Source: an uncultured Bdellovibrionales bacterium (lineage in GTDB: Bacteria > Patescibacteriota > Minisyncoccia > Moranbacterales > UBA1568). From it: a stretch of DNA of 64,000 nucleotides. Location: contig CAZOKB010000002.1 of the NCBI GenBank assembly GCA_964580285.1, forward strand, positions 34,770-98,769, written 5' to 3'. Under the pieces are notes generated by a model, which saw only the letters and a list, made by a program, of their open reading frames with translations, had not been told where the DNA came from and did no database searches. The translations under genes and the position numbers were made by a program. Positions 38,162 through 48,879 of this stretch are shown here, in pieces; the first letter of the stretch is position 1; each line of letters starts with the position of its first letter.

Positions 38162-39664
38162 CTAGTACATAATCACCGAGATCGGCTGCATGCGGGCAAC
38201 AGGCTTCACAATCTGGTTCTCGATGACGCTTTCGATGACGTCGTCGGCGCGCTTGTAGTGCGAGGAGTCCTGCTCGATGACCTTGGAAGAGCGGCCGTTG
38301 TAGAGACGGACGCCTTTAGCTTCAAGTTTTTTGTCGAGCTCAGCTTTGTTTTCTGGGATGACATCCTCGGTTTTCTTAGCGGATTTGCCAGCACCATGAT
38401 TACAAGAATAGAAGCTGGAATCATTGTCGTCCGTGCCTACACAAAGATAGGCTTCCGTTGACATGGAAGTCGGAATGAAAGCTGGTTCGCCGGTCTCCTT
38501 GAAAACCGGATGATCCGACATGCGGGAGGGACCGTAGGCGCGACTGGTACCGTTGCGGTGCACCCAGATATTTTTTCCGAAGTGCTCTTCTTGCGACACG
38601 AGAATATGGGGCATGTCGTAGATGAGTTCCATCTCAATGTCGCGACCAAGGACGCGCTCCGCAGTCTTGGCGACGTTGTGCGCGATGACAGCCCGGTTGG
38701 CATGGGCGAAGTTCGAACAGGCATTGCGAGCAGCCATATAGAGCTTGCCGTCCTCGCCTTCACCATCAAAAGCGATGAGTGGTTCTTGCTTCCCGAAATC
38801 AGAAGCGCGGATTTTCTCGGCAATGAGCGAGACGATTTTCTTGTACGGCGTGCTCCAGAAGAAGCGCCCGATATTCATAAGGATAGCGGTGGATTTATGT
38901 TCCCGTTTCTTCGCAGTGTACATGTACATAGTGTACTGGCCGAGGATGCCAGACCCGCAGTGAATCATGAAGACATAGTCACCATTCTTCACGCCAAGCT
39001 TCTCTGCAATCGCTGCATCTTCGATGCCGGTGATTTTCATGAGATCAAGGAAGTGATTGCCGGCCGCACCGAGAATACCGGAGCGGAATTGAGCAAAGAA
39101 GAGGAAGAGCGGAGGAATGATATTGGTGATTTCTTTCTTCGTCATCTCGCGATCGAAAAAATTGCCGCGATCAAGCGAGTTCTCAGCTTCGTGTTTGGTC
39201 TTGATACCGAGGTGTTGGATGAGCGGTTGTATGCCCTGGCGGCAGATATCTACGATGACCCGGAAGGGGAGGTAGGTGCCGATGTAGGCTTTGGTGGGCA
39301 CGACGGGAACGAGCGCCTCAAAAAGCCGCTTGATTTCTTCCTCAGTGGTATTGTTTTCGTTCAAGTTGGTCCGGACCAAGCGCATGCCGCAGGCGGGGTC
39401 GCTATCGTTCAATTGAGGAAGAATATATTTTTCGGAAGTGACCGTGGTGCCAGTCGCGTTTTTGCGGCCTGGTTTGCTATGCACATCGGCCATAGCCGCG
39501 ATATGGTGGAAAACCTGAGCGTTACTCGCGACGCTTTCAAGTTGGACAAGCGTCTCCTCATTCGGCAAGAGTGCGTCTTGGACATGGAAAACAACGGACA
39601 CTTTCATTTTCTCGGTTTGGAGTTCGCTCCGGTACCCGGAAACTTTTTTGAGAGCATTGATCAT
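38162..39664 (-). CDS. rtcB: RNA-splicing ligase RtcB
   Basis: AMADVHSKPGRKNATGTTV (metal-binding His region), DSDPACGMRLVRTNL, SCNHGAGKSAKK (HGAGR-like), ANRAVIAHNV; start set at MINALKK. Confidence 0.85.
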   Translation of the reverse strand: MINALKKVSGYRSELQTEKMKVSVVFHVQDALLPNEETLVQLESVASNAQVFHHIAAMADVHSKPGRKNATGTTVTSEKYILPQLNDSDPACGMRLVRTNLNENNTTEEEIKRLFEALVPVVPTKAYIGTYLPFRVIVDICRQGIQPLIQHLGIKTKHEAENSLDRGNFFDREMTKKEITNIIPPLFLFFAQFRSGILGAAGNHFLDLMKITGIEDAAIAEKLGVKNGDYVFMIHCGSGILGQYTMYMYTAKKREHKSTAILMNIGRFFWSTPYKKIVSLIAEKIRASDFGKQEPLIAFDGEGEDGKLYMAARNACSNFAHANRAVIAHNVAKTAERVLGRDIEMELIYDMPHILVSQEEHFGKNIWVHRNGTSRAYGPSRMSDHPVFKETGEPAFIPTSMSTEAYLCVGTDDNDSSFYSCNHGAGKSAKKTEDVIPENKAELDKKLEAKGVRLYNGRSSKVIEQDSSHYKRADDVIESVIENQIVKPVARMQPISVIMY

Positions 39665-39674
39665 ATATTTTTTT

Positions 39675-40790
39675 CTAAAGGGATGCGTAAATATCTTCGT
39701 ACTGTCGGACCGTGTCTTTGAGGTTAAAGTACCGTTCCACAAAGGTGCGGGCATGGCGACCGAGCGAAGAGCGTACCTCCGGGTTATCTCTTAAGTAAGC
39801 AATTTTTTCGGAGAGCTCTCCTTTTGAACCTCGTGGTATGGTAACGCAGATATCGTTTCCTGAAAACTCTTTGAAAATAGGGAGATCGGAAAGGATGACC
39901 GGTTTGCCGCAAGCATAGGCTTCGATGATGACGAGCGGTACATCAAACTTTCCTTTCATATCTCCGACGGGGAAAATCATAACATCAGCCAAATTATAGA
40001 GCTTGGGCATGTCGGCATAGGTATCGGTAAAACGAATACGATCGAGCATACCAGCCTGCTTAAAACGTTCAGTAATTTCAATTTTCTTGAGACGATCATC
40101 GTCGTGCTTGACTCGGCAGGCGAAGACGAATTTCATATTCGATGCAGGGTGTTGCTGATAGTGTTCAATGAGCCACTCGGTGAGCATGTCGGTCGCACCG
40201 AGGCGGACGTACTCGCCAGGGTACATGACTACGAAATCGTCCGCAGTTAAGTTGAAGAAAGTTAGGGCTTCGGGATCCTTGGATTGCGGTTGGTAGAGCG
40301 AGAGATCGGTACCCGGATAGATGCGGGTAACATTATCGAAACCGACGTGCTCGAGGATGTCTTTGGAATAATCCGAGTAGACGATGATGCGATCGGCAAA
40401 GAGGAGTTGTTTCCACTGCTTCACTCCGTAGAGGTCCTCACGCAAGGTGGCAATGGTCTGAACGGTCTTGCCGTGCGTCGGTCGGCTGAAGAAATTGATG
40501 AGGGAAGTGTTCTTACGGGTCGGCGTGAAGAGATAGTGCGTGATATCGTATTTTCTGCGGAGGCCGCGGAGCGTTCGGAGGAGACGAAGCTTTTCCGAGA
40601 AATCCAACTCATTCTTGGTATAGCAAGGAATCTGGGTGACATGTGTGGGAAGATCAGAGAGCCAGACAGGTGTAGTCAGGATACTGACATGGTGCTCGTG
40701 CATGGATTTTGCCAAGAAGTAGGCGAAGTTTTTTGAGGCTTCATCCCAGGGTGGGACCAATGGACGAGTGGCCAGGAGAATTTTTTTCAT
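39675..40790 (-). CDS. GT4-like glycosyltransferase
   Basis: GKFDVPLVIIEAYACGKPVILSDLPIFKEF...RGS in GT1-fold C-terminal domain. Confidence 0.7.
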   Translation of the reverse strand: MKKILLATRPLVPPWDEASKNFAYFLAKSMHEHHVSILTTPVWLSDLPTHVTQIPCYTKNELDFSEKLRLLRTLRGLRRKYDITHYLFTPTRKNTSLINFFSRPTHGKTVQTIATLREDLYGVKQWKQLLFADRIIVYSDYSKDILEHVGFDNVTRIYPGTDLSLYQPQSKDPEALTFFNLTADDFVVMYPGEYVRLGATDMLTEWLIEHYQQHPASNMKFVFACRVKHDDDRLKKIEITERFKQAGMLDRIRFTDTYADMPKLYNLADVMIFPVGDMKGKFDVPLVIIEAYACGKPVILSDLPIFKEFSGNDICVTIPRGSKGELSEKIAYLRDNPEVRSSLGRHARTFVERYFNLKDTVRQYEDIYASL

Positions 40791-41025
40791 ACGCTAGCAA
40801 AATGCTTATACAGGGGATATGTATATAGTACAAGAAGCTCGCGTTTTGGTCATCTTAGGGGATAAAGAAAATTTTCTGTTTAACGGAGATGAAGCATGTT
40901 GAAAAAAACTATCACAGACAATTCTCAGGCAAGGAGAGGGAAGGATGCTTGCTTTTTTCTCTGAAATGTGGCAGATTAGTCGCGTAAGTTCCTTTTTTTA
41001 GTGTTCAATACGGAGGTGAAAAATC

Positions 41026-41688
41026 ATGGAAGGACTGGAAGAGTTTGTCTGGCTTGCATTGCCAGGGTTGGTGACTCTCTTAGTTGTTTTGCTGAGCGTG
41101 ATTTTGGTGTGTGTAGTAGCTATTTTCAGAGCGCAGTATGTACACGCTCACGCTCAGCCGGGAGTATTGCCGGTGTACTCCTCTCAGAATCCTGTTTCGG
41201 ATCGAATGCTCACGGAGTATCGAGGGCTATGTCGTTGCGATAAATTGATAGCTGATCTCAAGGCGTTTTTCCCGAATGTATTTTCTTCGGAAGATATTGG
41301 TGAAATCCATGGCTATCTCAACTTTATCGCTCAGGATATACATCTGTTCTTGGCTAAGATGCCGATCCGCATTCACTTGTCAGAGACGTGTCCCTGCGAT
41401 CATGTCCGGCCAGGGCAGGGGTTTTTGATGATGATGCCGCATGATTTTGAAGAGGGGGTTATCAAATACCAGACGCTTTTCACGCTTCCTGTTGAAGCCT
41501 GCGTGGGAAGTCTGGAAGCCATTCAGGCGGAAGAGGAAACGGTATTTGAACCCCTCGGCCAAAGCAGCTGTTCGCAATCACGTTGCTCAAGCCAGAAACT
41601 GATCGTGGCTTGTCCTGATTCAAGAACGGACGATAATTATCAGGTGATCGTTTTTGTGCCCAAATACGTTGTACGTACCCGGCGGTGA
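41026..41688 (+). CDS. hypothetical protein with N-terminal TM anchor
   Basis: 220 aa, one N-terminal hydrophobic helix, followed by strong terminator. Confidence 0.45.
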   Translation: MEGLEEFVWLALPGLVTLLVVLLSVILVCVVAIFRAQYVHAHAQPGVLPVYSSQNPVSDRMLTEYRGLCRCDKLIADLKAFFPNVFSSEDIGEIHGYLNFIAQDIHLFLAKMPIRIHLSETCPCDHVRPGQGFLMMMPHDFEEGVIKYQTLFTLPVEACVGSLEAIQAEEETVFEPLGQSSCSQSRCSSQKLIVACPDSRTDDNYQVIVFVPKYVVRTRR

Positions 41689-41702
41689 TTAACCCCTTAA
41701 AG

Positions 41703-41737
41703 GCCCTAGATGCGAAAGCATCTAGGGCAATTTTATT
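41703..41737 (+). terminator. intrinsic terminator
   Basis: GCCCTAGATGC-GAAA-GCATCTAGGGC (11-bp stem, GAAA tetraloop) then AATTTTATT. Confidence 0.75.
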
Positions 41738-41782
41738 ACTAAGTGAATACAACCGAGTATCGGTGCATTTGTCGAATACCTG

Positions 41783-42268
41783 TTATTTTCGATACAAAGA
41801 AAAAACGTGGTTCGGTTGATTCGTCGGCCAGACACGGATAGCGGCCGTTTCGCCGAGAGGACTTTCGGGAGTGATGGTTCTTTCGCTCGCTGAAGGTACG
41901 GTAATGACGCGGCTTTCTATGGTCTCTGAATCATTTTTTATTTCGTAGGCAAAAGTTTCGGTTGAGGTATGATTGACGATGATGAAACGATTATCCCGTA
42001 TATTAGGATCAGCAAAGGCGAGTGTCCACCAGTTTTTCTTATAATCAGGATCCAGTTCGCGGTCATTTTTCATAAAAAGAAAAGCGCCTGAAAGAAAGAT
42101 GAGTCCAGCGATGATGAAAGCGGAGAGGTGCCGCTTGAGAAGGGTATCAGCGTGCATAGATGTGAATTTTATCAGAGGCATAGATGCGGGAAAATTCCGG
42201 AGATTTTTCAAACTGCGGGGCGTCAAAGCGAGGATTGACCATGATGTATTTGACACCGGTACCTTCAA
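41783..42268 (-). CDS. hypothetical protein with N-terminal signal/anchor (start uncertain, possibly 42181 or 42157)
   Basis: hydrophobic LSAFIIAGLIFLSGAFLF segment; overlaps upstream gene end if the longest ORF is used. Confidence 0.4.
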   Translation of the reverse strand: MKVPVSNTSWSILALTPRSLKNLRNFPASMPLIKFTSMHADTLLKRHLSAFIIAGLIFLSGAFLFMKNDRELDPDYKKNWWTLAFADPNIRDNRFIIVNHTSTETFAYEIKNDSETIESRVITVPSASERTITPESPLGETAAIRVWPTNQPNHVFSLYRK

Positions 42269-44063
42269 AGCAGGCTTGGGCTCGGGGGGTATTCGGAATA
42301 GCGATCATATCGAGAGTGCAGTGTTCGCGGTCACTGGATTCGTAGCGGCCGAAGTAGCCTCGAGAGAGCGGGAAGAAATAATCACGCATGAAAAAATGTT
42401 TGATCCAGGAATCAGCCACGATATAGTTGTGATCCTTGAGCACAACATCGGTGGGTGTAGTGTGGTTTGCTAGGTAGCGCGAAGCCGCGAAGGTTTCTAG
42501 TGCTTCGGCGGACTTGGGTGAAGCAAGTAGGGCTTGTCCATTATCGGTAAAGCCAGAAACAAGAGCAAAGGTGAGTGTGAGGACTACTAATGGCGTCGTA
42601 AGTGAAGGTTGAAGTTTTTTCTGGGTGATGGTTATGAGCCAAGCCAAGCCAAGGCTCGCGGCTACTCCTATGGGGAAAGAAAAATAGGTGCCGATACGAT
42701 TAGAAGGGATATTGAGAAAGAGCCAGTCTGGGCGGTAGGCCATGAAGAAAAGCATAAGGGTCCAACCGAGAATGAAGCTGGCGGTTATTGAACGGCGGAA
42801 TATGAAGAGGGTGAGCAGGCTTCCGACGATGCCGAGAGCAAAGCGTGCATCACCAGCTGTAGAGGTGATCTGATCGAGTGAGAGTCCGATGCGGGTGGTC
42901 TTAGTGGGTGTGCCGAGAGCGGTACCTACGGCGTGCGTTTCGATATATGTCGGCATCGCTACGAAAAAGAAAAAGCTTATGGCGAGGAGAGCAATGATGA
43001 GCGGAGCGGGTTTAAGAAAAGTGACTAAGAGGGTTTGTATGAAAGTTTTGAGTACAGTCAGATGGCTCAGGATGAGTAATAGGCCGATGCCGATAAGTGC
43101 GTAGAGGAGCACTAGAGTAGAAAGATGATGCGTGTAGGCAAGCGCAAAGGTAAACACGAAACCCAGTCCGAGTAAGCGCGAGTTCTTTTCTTGGAAAGCG
43201 CGCAGAAAGAGGAGGAGAATAAGCGGGAGAAAAAGATTGCCGAAAACATTGCCGATGACACCGCCTGAAACAAATTTTGCCTGAGGTGAAGCCAGGGTGT
43301 AGAGCGGTCCGAAGAGCAAGAGGGCTGCCAGCGCTGCGAGTTCGGGTGAGAAAAAATGTTTGAGAGCTGATCCATCTACGAGGCGGTAGACTAAGACGAT
43401 GAGCGCAAAAAGACTCATGAGATTAATGATAAGGAGAAACACAATTGGAAAGGCTGAAAAAAAGTCTTCTTGAGTGAGAAAGGCGAGAGCGGCTAAAGGG
43501 AGGTGTTCTCCGATAATAAAATCAGCGATGGGTTCTGGCTGGGCGATATGAATATCACCAGGAATATCCACGACATTACTCTCGCGATAGTCAGGCAGGG
43601 CATGGGTTTCTACAATCGTTTTAGCCCAGTAGAGGTGGTGTCCGAGGTCAGTGGCGGTAGGAACGATAGCGTTGGAAAGATAGAAAGTTTTTATACATAG
43701 GGTGAGCGCAAAGAGGAGAAGGAAAGCGACACGTTCTTTTTTTGATCGAGTCAGCGGAAGAACGTGGCGTTCATCAAAGAGCGGCGCTCGTGGGCGCAGC
43801 CATTTTTTTTTGGCTATGCCGGCGAGTATGATGACCAAGAGAAGTGTGGCGAGCAGGCCTCCGCCAAGAGAAATACCTGCCTTGCCCAAAGCGATCATGG
43901 AAAAATCAATCAGTGTAATACCGAGTACGAATGAAAAGAGTAGGGCCTCAAGACGCAGATAGGATTCATGAGCGACAAAAAAAGAACGCCATAAAACATA
44001 CCCAGCTGCAAGGATGAGCGCGAGAGTTACAAAAAAAAGAAAAGCGTGGAATATCGGAATCAT
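42147..44063 (-). CDS. large polytopic membrane protein (possible polymerase or GT-C-like), function unknown
   Basis: 638 aa, >14 hydrophobic segments, C-terminal soluble domain. Confidence 0.55.
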   Translation of the reverse strand: MIPIFHAFLFFVTLALILAAGYVLWRSFFVAHESYLRLEALLFSFVLGITLIDFSMIALGKAGISLGGGLLATLLLVIILAGIAKKKWLRPRAPLFDERHVLPLTRSKKERVAFLLLFALTLCIKTFYLSNAIVPTATDLGHHLYWAKTIVETHALPDYRESNVVDIPGDIHIAQPEPIADFIIGEHLPLAALAFLTQEDFFSAFPIVFLLIINLMSLFALIVLVYRLVDGSALKHFFSPELAALAALLLFGPLYTLASPQAKFVSGGVIGNVFGNLFLPLILLLFLRAFQEKNSRLLGLGFVFTFALAYTHHLSTLVLLYALIGIGLLLILSHLTVLKTFIQTLLVTFLKPAPLIIALLAISFFFFVAMPTYIETHAVGTALGTPTKTTRIGLSLDQITSTAGDARFALGIVGSLLTLFIFRRSITASFILGWTLMLFFMAYRPDWLFLNIPSNRIGTYFSFPIGVAASLGLAWLITITQKKLQPSLTTPLVVLTLTFALVSGFTDNGQALLASPKSAEALETFAASRYLANHTTPTDVVLKDHNYIVADSWIKHFFMRDYFFPLSRGYFGRYESSDREHCTLDMIAIPNTPRAQACFEGTGVKYIMVNPRFDAPQFEKSPEFSRIYASDKIHIYAR

Positions 44064-44117
44064 GGCTTCTGTTTTTGAGATTCGGACCGTCTTCCCTATG
44101 AGTCAGTATAGCACTGA

Positions 44118-45197
44118 TCAAACAGATTTTTTGGCTATTTTTTCGAGAGTCTCAATATAGCGTTGAGCGATCATATTCCAATGGAAAGTGTCTTCGATGA
44201 AGCGCGCTGCCCGGTCTCCGATTGTGCGACGCTCATCTTCGTTTTCAGCCAACTCATTGATAGTCTTAACAAAGCCATCAATGCGTTCCGGTTTGACGAG
44301 AAAACCGTTTTTCCCATGGGTAATGGCATCGCGGAGACCTTCGAGGTCAGCAGCGACAACCGGAAGGCTAGCTGAACCAGCTTCAATAACCGCTATACCA
44401 AAACCTTCCATATCCCCAGGTACACGGATATTAGGTTGGACAAAAATATCAGACGAATTGAGAAGGGTGAGCATGTCATCTCCGGAGACTCGACCGAGGA
44501 GGAGTACGCGGCCCTGCATGCCGGCGGTGCTGATCGCATCACGGACGGCTGATTCATCGGGACCAGAACCGGCAATAACATAAAGAATGTTGCCATTCAA
44601 ATGAGGGAGAGCTTGCTGAATAAACCAGGCTACCCCTTTCCGTTTTGCCAGACGCCCAAGGGTAAGCAGAACAATATTGCCTTCGAGTGATCGCCCCAAG
44701 AGCGTTTCGAGCCGTTCCCGATTCCGTTCGCCAGAAAAGCGTTCGGTAGCCACACCGTTGGGAATGACGAAGCATTTGTGAGCAGCTAAACCATGTTCAA
44801 TAGCCTGGGTTTTCGTGTGTGTGCTGACACAGAGGTAGCCATCAAGTTTCTTTAAAAAATGCTGTACCCAGAGGCGTTGGTAGAAGGGGAGTGTGTAGGT
44901 GATATCAAGACCATGTAAGACCGTAACGATTGTTTTGGACGGAAAAAGATACTTTAGTCCGGCACCAATAATCGCTAAGACCCCATCACCTAGGAGGAGG
45001 GTATCGGCACGAAACAGGAGAACGCAGGCGCGGATGAAGGCATAAGGAAAAAACCAGGGGAGCGCTCGTTTTCCATGCCGATTAGCAATGAGTGTTGTGG
45101 TGGCAAACTTCGGAAGCCACTCGGCCAGTGCCGCGTTCTGGTTCTCAATACCGCCAGTAACGGGAGGAAAGGCTCGAGAGATGAAAAGTATATTCAT
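44118..45197 (-). CDS. GT4 glycosyltransferase
   Basis: GDMEGFGIAVIEAGSASLPVVAADLEGLRDAI...GFLV; start set at MNILFISRAF. Confidence 0.8.
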   Translation of the reverse strand: MNILFISRAFPPVTGGIENQNAALAEWLPKFATTTLIANRHGKRALPWFFPYAFIRACVLLFRADTLLLGDGVLAIIGAGLKYLFPSKTIVTVLHGLDITYTLPFYQRLWVQHFLKKLDGYLCVSTHTKTQAIEHGLAAHKCFVIPNGVATERFSGERNRERLETLLGRSLEGNIVLLTLGRLAKRKGVAWFIQQALPHLNGNILYVIAGSGPDESAVRDAISTAGMQGRVLLLGRVSGDDMLTLLNSSDIFVQPNIRVPGDMEGFGIAVIEAGSASLPVVAADLEGLRDAITHGKNGFLVKPERIDGFVKTINELAENEDERRTIGDRAARFIEDTFHWNMIAQRYIETLEKIAKKSV

Positions 45198-45220
45198 GAG
45201 GAGGACTTGAACTGGAGGAT

Positions 45221-46174
45221 TTAACGTTTTTCGTACCGTTCTTTTTTCGCCAGGTACATCATGTCTTCGGTAAGCCGGCGATTGGTTTTGATCATATCGG
45301 CTATGAGCGAGAAGACGAAGAACTGAAGGCCGATGACGAAGGTCGCAAGCGATGAGATAAGGTAGTTGCGATAGGGAGTAATCTTCCAATCCTGAAAGTA
45401 GTTAAAGAGAAAAGCAATGAAAAGAGTGAGGGAGATAAGCATGAGCACAAGTCCGGGCACACCGAAAAACTTCATCGGTCGGACATCACGGACCGCTTTG
45501 AGGATGATACGGAAGCTATTGTTGATATAGCCAAAAATACTCTTCACTACACGGGATTTCCGATCGGCAAAGTAGGTCACGGTGACGGGAACAAAAGCGA
45601 GTTTCAAGTTTTTCCCCAGCACATCGATAATCACTTCTTGAGTGTAGGTAAAGTCTCCGGGCAGATTGAGTCGGAGGAGCGTCTCTCGGCTGTGAGCCCG
45701 GAAGCCGCAGGTAAGGTCTGGGATAGTGGCGTTCATGAAACCGCCGATGAGACGAGCAGCAAAGCGATTGAGCACGTTCTTGATCCAAGGGATATTCTCA
45801 GCCGTCGAGAGGGTGAAGCGGTCGGCACTGACCATATCGGCAGTGTGGTTCAGGATAGGCCGGATGAGCTTCTCGATATCCACGGGGTCAAACTGGCCAT
45901 CGGCATCGATATTGACCATGATATCAGCCTGATTCTCAAGGGCGCGTTCAACAGCATGCCGGAAGGTTTTACCGACACCGCGATTGACACCATTCGTATA
46001 GACGAAATCAGCCCCGGCTTCGCGGGAGACTTCAATAGTACGATCTTTGGATCCATCATCAATGACTTGCACAAGCACCTCGGTAATACCATCAAAGGTA
46101 CGAGGAATACGTTGTATAGTTTGACCGATTTTCTCATCTTCGTTATAAGCCGGGATGTTGACAATGAGGCGCAT
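45221..46174 (-). CDS. family-2 glycosyltransferase with C-terminal TM helices
   Basis: MRLIVNIPAYNEDEKI...VIDDGSKDRT...DADGQFDP. Confidence 0.85.
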   Translation of the reverse strand: MRLIVNIPAYNEDEKIGQTIQRIPRTFDGITEVLVQVIDDGSKDRTIEVSREAGADFVYTNGVNRGVGKTFRHAVERALENQADIMVNIDADGQFDPVDIEKLIRPILNHTADMVSADRFTLSTAENIPWIKNVLNRFAARLIGGFMNATIPDLTCGFRAHSRETLLRLNLPGDFTYTQEVIIDVLGKNLKLAFVPVTVTYFADRKSRVVKSIFGYINNSFRIILKAVRDVRPMKFFGVPGLVLMLISLTLFIAFLFNYFQDWKITPYRNYLISSLATFVIGLQFFVFSLIADMIKTNRRLTEDMMYLAKKERYEKR

Positions 46175-46212
46175 AGCATCAGGTTAAAAGTCAAAACGTA
46201 GCGAACCTCCCT

Positions 46213-46524
46213 TTAGGGGATCGGTTGTGTCTGTATTGTACCAGAAGTCGACTGATCTGTGGTCTCGACTGGTTCCGAAGGATTTTTTTTCTTGATAAAC
46301 AGCTTTGGATCGAGGGTTGCGCATTTCCAGTCGCATGTTTGTTTGAGGCCTTCAACACCAGTACGAATGAGATCTTTTTGGCACTGGGCGAGTTCAGCTT
46401 CGCAGGCTGTTTTGCGTGTATTGAAGTAATGCCAGTTGATGTCATATCCGGCGTACTTCATAACAAAATACGCAACTGCTGCGATATGAATGAGCCAGAG
46501 AATATGTTTGAGGAGGGAGAACAT
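46213..46524 (-). CDS. hypothetical membrane-anchored small protein
   Basis: 103 aa, N-terminal hydrophobic helix, 4 Cys in soluble part. Confidence 0.4.
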   Translation of the reverse strand: MFSLLKHILWLIHIAAVAYFVMKYAGYDINWHYFNTRKTACEAELAQCQKDLIRTGVEGLKQTCDWKCATLDPKLFIKKKNPSEPVETTDQSTSGTIQTQPIP

Positions 46525-46637
46525 GTAATCAAAGAACAGCGAACAACGAGCAATCAGCAGAAAGGTATCTAAAATTCTGCAAATTGATAACGAGGATTTC
46601 CTGTTTATTGTTATGTGTTAGCTGAATAGTGATTGAA

Positions 46638-47918
46638 CTACCGGCCGATACCCTTGTAGCGGATGCCGGCTTTAAGGAAAGCATCCTTGTCGAGGCAGTT
46701 CTTGCCATCAACAATAGCCTTGATCTTGTGTTTTTTGAGGAGGGCAGGGGTGATGAGTTCCTTGAATTCCCGATGATCGGTCGCGAGGACAAGCGCAGCG
46801 GATTTCTTGAGGATGGCATCGAGTGACTTGGCGGTGGAGAGGCGGAGGAGGTGCGGGTCATAGGTGATGACCTTAGCCTTATGCTCTTCAAGGTGTTCGA
46901 TGATATCAATAGCTGGAGATTCGCGGAGGTCATCGATATTCGCCTTGTAGGCCAGACCGAGTACGCCGACCGCCGTTCCGTTTAAGGCAATCTTAGCGTC
47001 GTTCAGGAGGTCCTGCAGGAGCTCAACCGTGTAGGCGGGCATGGAATTATTGATTTCACGGGCGATTTTGAGAAAACGATGGTCAAAGCCGGATTGTTTG
47101 GCACGCTCGATCAGATAATACGGGTCGACTGGGATGCAGTGGCCACCGACGCCACAGGACGGAAAGTGCGGCATAAAGGAAAAGGGCTTGGTCGAAGCGC
47201 CCTGAATGACATCCTTCACATCAATATCAAGGACATCAAACGAGCGAGCGAGTTCATTCACGAAGGCGATATTGATATCGCGGAAGGAGTTCTCCACGAC
47301 TTTCACGGCTTCGGCTTCTCGGATGGATTTCATCGGGCGAATTTCTCCGTCGACGATCGCGCGGTAGAATTCGAGTGCCAGTTTGAGACCTTTGGCATCG
47401 AAAGCGCCGACGACGCGGGGGATATTGGTAACATTCCATTTCTCATCACCCGGATTGATGCGTTCAGGGCAATGAGCAATGAAGACGTCCTTCCCGAGCT
47501 TGTGACCGTGCTTCTCAAAAATCGGACGAATAACCTCTTCAGAGACGCCTGGGTTGACGGTTGATTCAAGGACGACGAGTGCTCCCTTCTTGAGGTGTTC
47601 GGCGGAGACAGTTGCAGCCGAAATGACCGGCTCAAGGTCCGGGTAGTACATTTCATCTACCGGAGTCGGGACACAAATGAGGACGATATCCGCATCGCAG
47701 AGACGCTTCGGATCAGTGGTGGCTTCAAAGGGAAATTTGGGGATATTTTCAATAAGATAACGGTCTTCGATCGGACTTTTCTTCTTTTTGAGTACGGCAA
47801 CTTTTTCTGTATGGGTGTCGAAGCCGATAACCTTGTACCCGCGTTCGACCGCCCGCACTGCCAGAGGAAGACCAACATACCCGAGACCGATCACCGCCAC
47901 TGTTTTCTGCATAGTCAT
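46638..47918 (-). CDS. nucleotide-sugar dehydrogenase (UDP-GlcNAc/ManNAc 6-dehydrogenase-like, WbpA/WecC family)
   Basis: VAVIGLGYVGLPLAVRAVERGYKV Rossmann motif, catalytic Cys region GGHCIPVDP. Confidence 0.85.
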   Translation of the reverse strand: MTMQKTVAVIGLGYVGLPLAVRAVERGYKVIGFDTHTEKVAVLKKKKSPIEDRYLIENIPKFPFEATTDPKRLCDADIVLICVPTPVDEMYYPDLEPVISAATVSAEHLKKGALVVLESTVNPGVSEEVIRPIFEKHGHKLGKDVFIAHCPERINPGDEKWNVTNIPRVVGAFDAKGLKLALEFYRAIVDGEIRPMKSIREAEAVKVVENSFRDINIAFVNELARSFDVLDIDVKDVIQGASTKPFSFMPHFPSCGVGGHCIPVDPYYLIERAKQSGFDHRFLKIAREINNSMPAYTVELLQDLLNDAKIALNGTAVGVLGLAYKANIDDLRESPAIDIIEHLEEHKAKVITYDPHLLRLSTAKSLDAILKKSAALVLATDHREFKELITPALLKKHKIKAIVDGKNCLDKDAFLKAGIRYKGIGR

Positions 47919-48006
47919 TTCTTATACGGATAAGCTATACTGTATTGTAAAGCGGCCAATTCGGGCTGGCAAGCTTTTACTCTCATGCAAATGATATTTT
48001 TTACGT

Positions 48007-48630
48007 ATGATTCTGACTCCGAAAATTGAGAAAGCTATCACTCGGTCCGCCGAACTGCATCGGCATCAGGAGCGCAAGGGGAATGGAGCACCCTATATCG
48101 TGCATCCGTATTCAGTGGCGTTTCTTCTAGCGCACTATACGGAAGATGAAGATATTATTTGCGCCGGTCTCTTACATGATATCTTGGAAGACGTGCCGAG
48201 CTACGGAGCGCAGCGGATGCAAGAGGAGTTTGGTGAACGGGTATACCGGATTGTGCGAGAGGTGACGGAAGACCGTGATCCGACTATGGGCTGGCGACTA
48301 TTGCCGCGTCAGCGTCAGTGGAAGGAACGCAAAGTACGTTATATTGAAAATCTCAAGAACGACAGCGAAGAAGCGCTGCTCATCGCCTGTGCCGACAAGA
48401 TCCAGAACCTCCGTTCATTAGTAGATACCTATGCCTTGCGAGGGGACGGGCTCTGGTCGAGTTTTCGCTCGGGTAAAGAAGAGATGTATTGGTTTTATAC
48501 GACCGTGTTTGAGGTGATTGCTGAGCGGTTCCATCACCCGCTGGTCCACGAGTTCAAAAAATCCTTAGAAGAAGCAAAAAAACAGGTTTTTCTAGGGGGT
48601 AGGAGCGGAACTATTGACAGGTCTATTTAA
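48007..48630 (+). CDS. RelA/SpoT-type HD-domain (p)ppGpp hydrolase-like protein (small alarmone hydrolase-like)
   Basis: AELHRHQERKGNGAPYIVHPYSVA...ICAGLLHDILEDVP matches the SpoT hydrolase HD motif (HxxQxR...PYxxHP...LLHDxxED). Confidence 0.7.
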   Translation: MILTPKIEKAITRSAELHRHQERKGNGAPYIVHPYSVAFLLAHYTEDEDIICAGLLHDILEDVPSYGAQRMQEEFGERVYRIVREVTEDRDPTMGWRLLPRQRQWKERKVRYIENLKNDSEEALLIACADKIQNLRSLVDTYALRGDGLWSSFRSGKEEMYWFYTTVFEVIAERFHHPLVHEFKKSLEEAKKQVFLGGRSGTIDRSI

Positions 48631-48879
48631 AAGTGCTATACTGTTTTTTCATCCTGAAATTTGACGGATGAGAAGAAGGATGGTAAAAACCTTCTTAAAG
48701 AGTTCTTTGGGAATTTTCAGTGATGCGACAATAGGCACAAGAGTGATCATCGGTAGCTTTTTTGTTCGGAAAGAAGATTTCGGAGCAAAGAAGCTACCGA
48801 CGTGGTAGTTGTAGTACCCCCTTTTGAGGAGAAACTGCATGTCCACCCATTCGCCCCCCGTCAATGTCGATGAGTCTTA

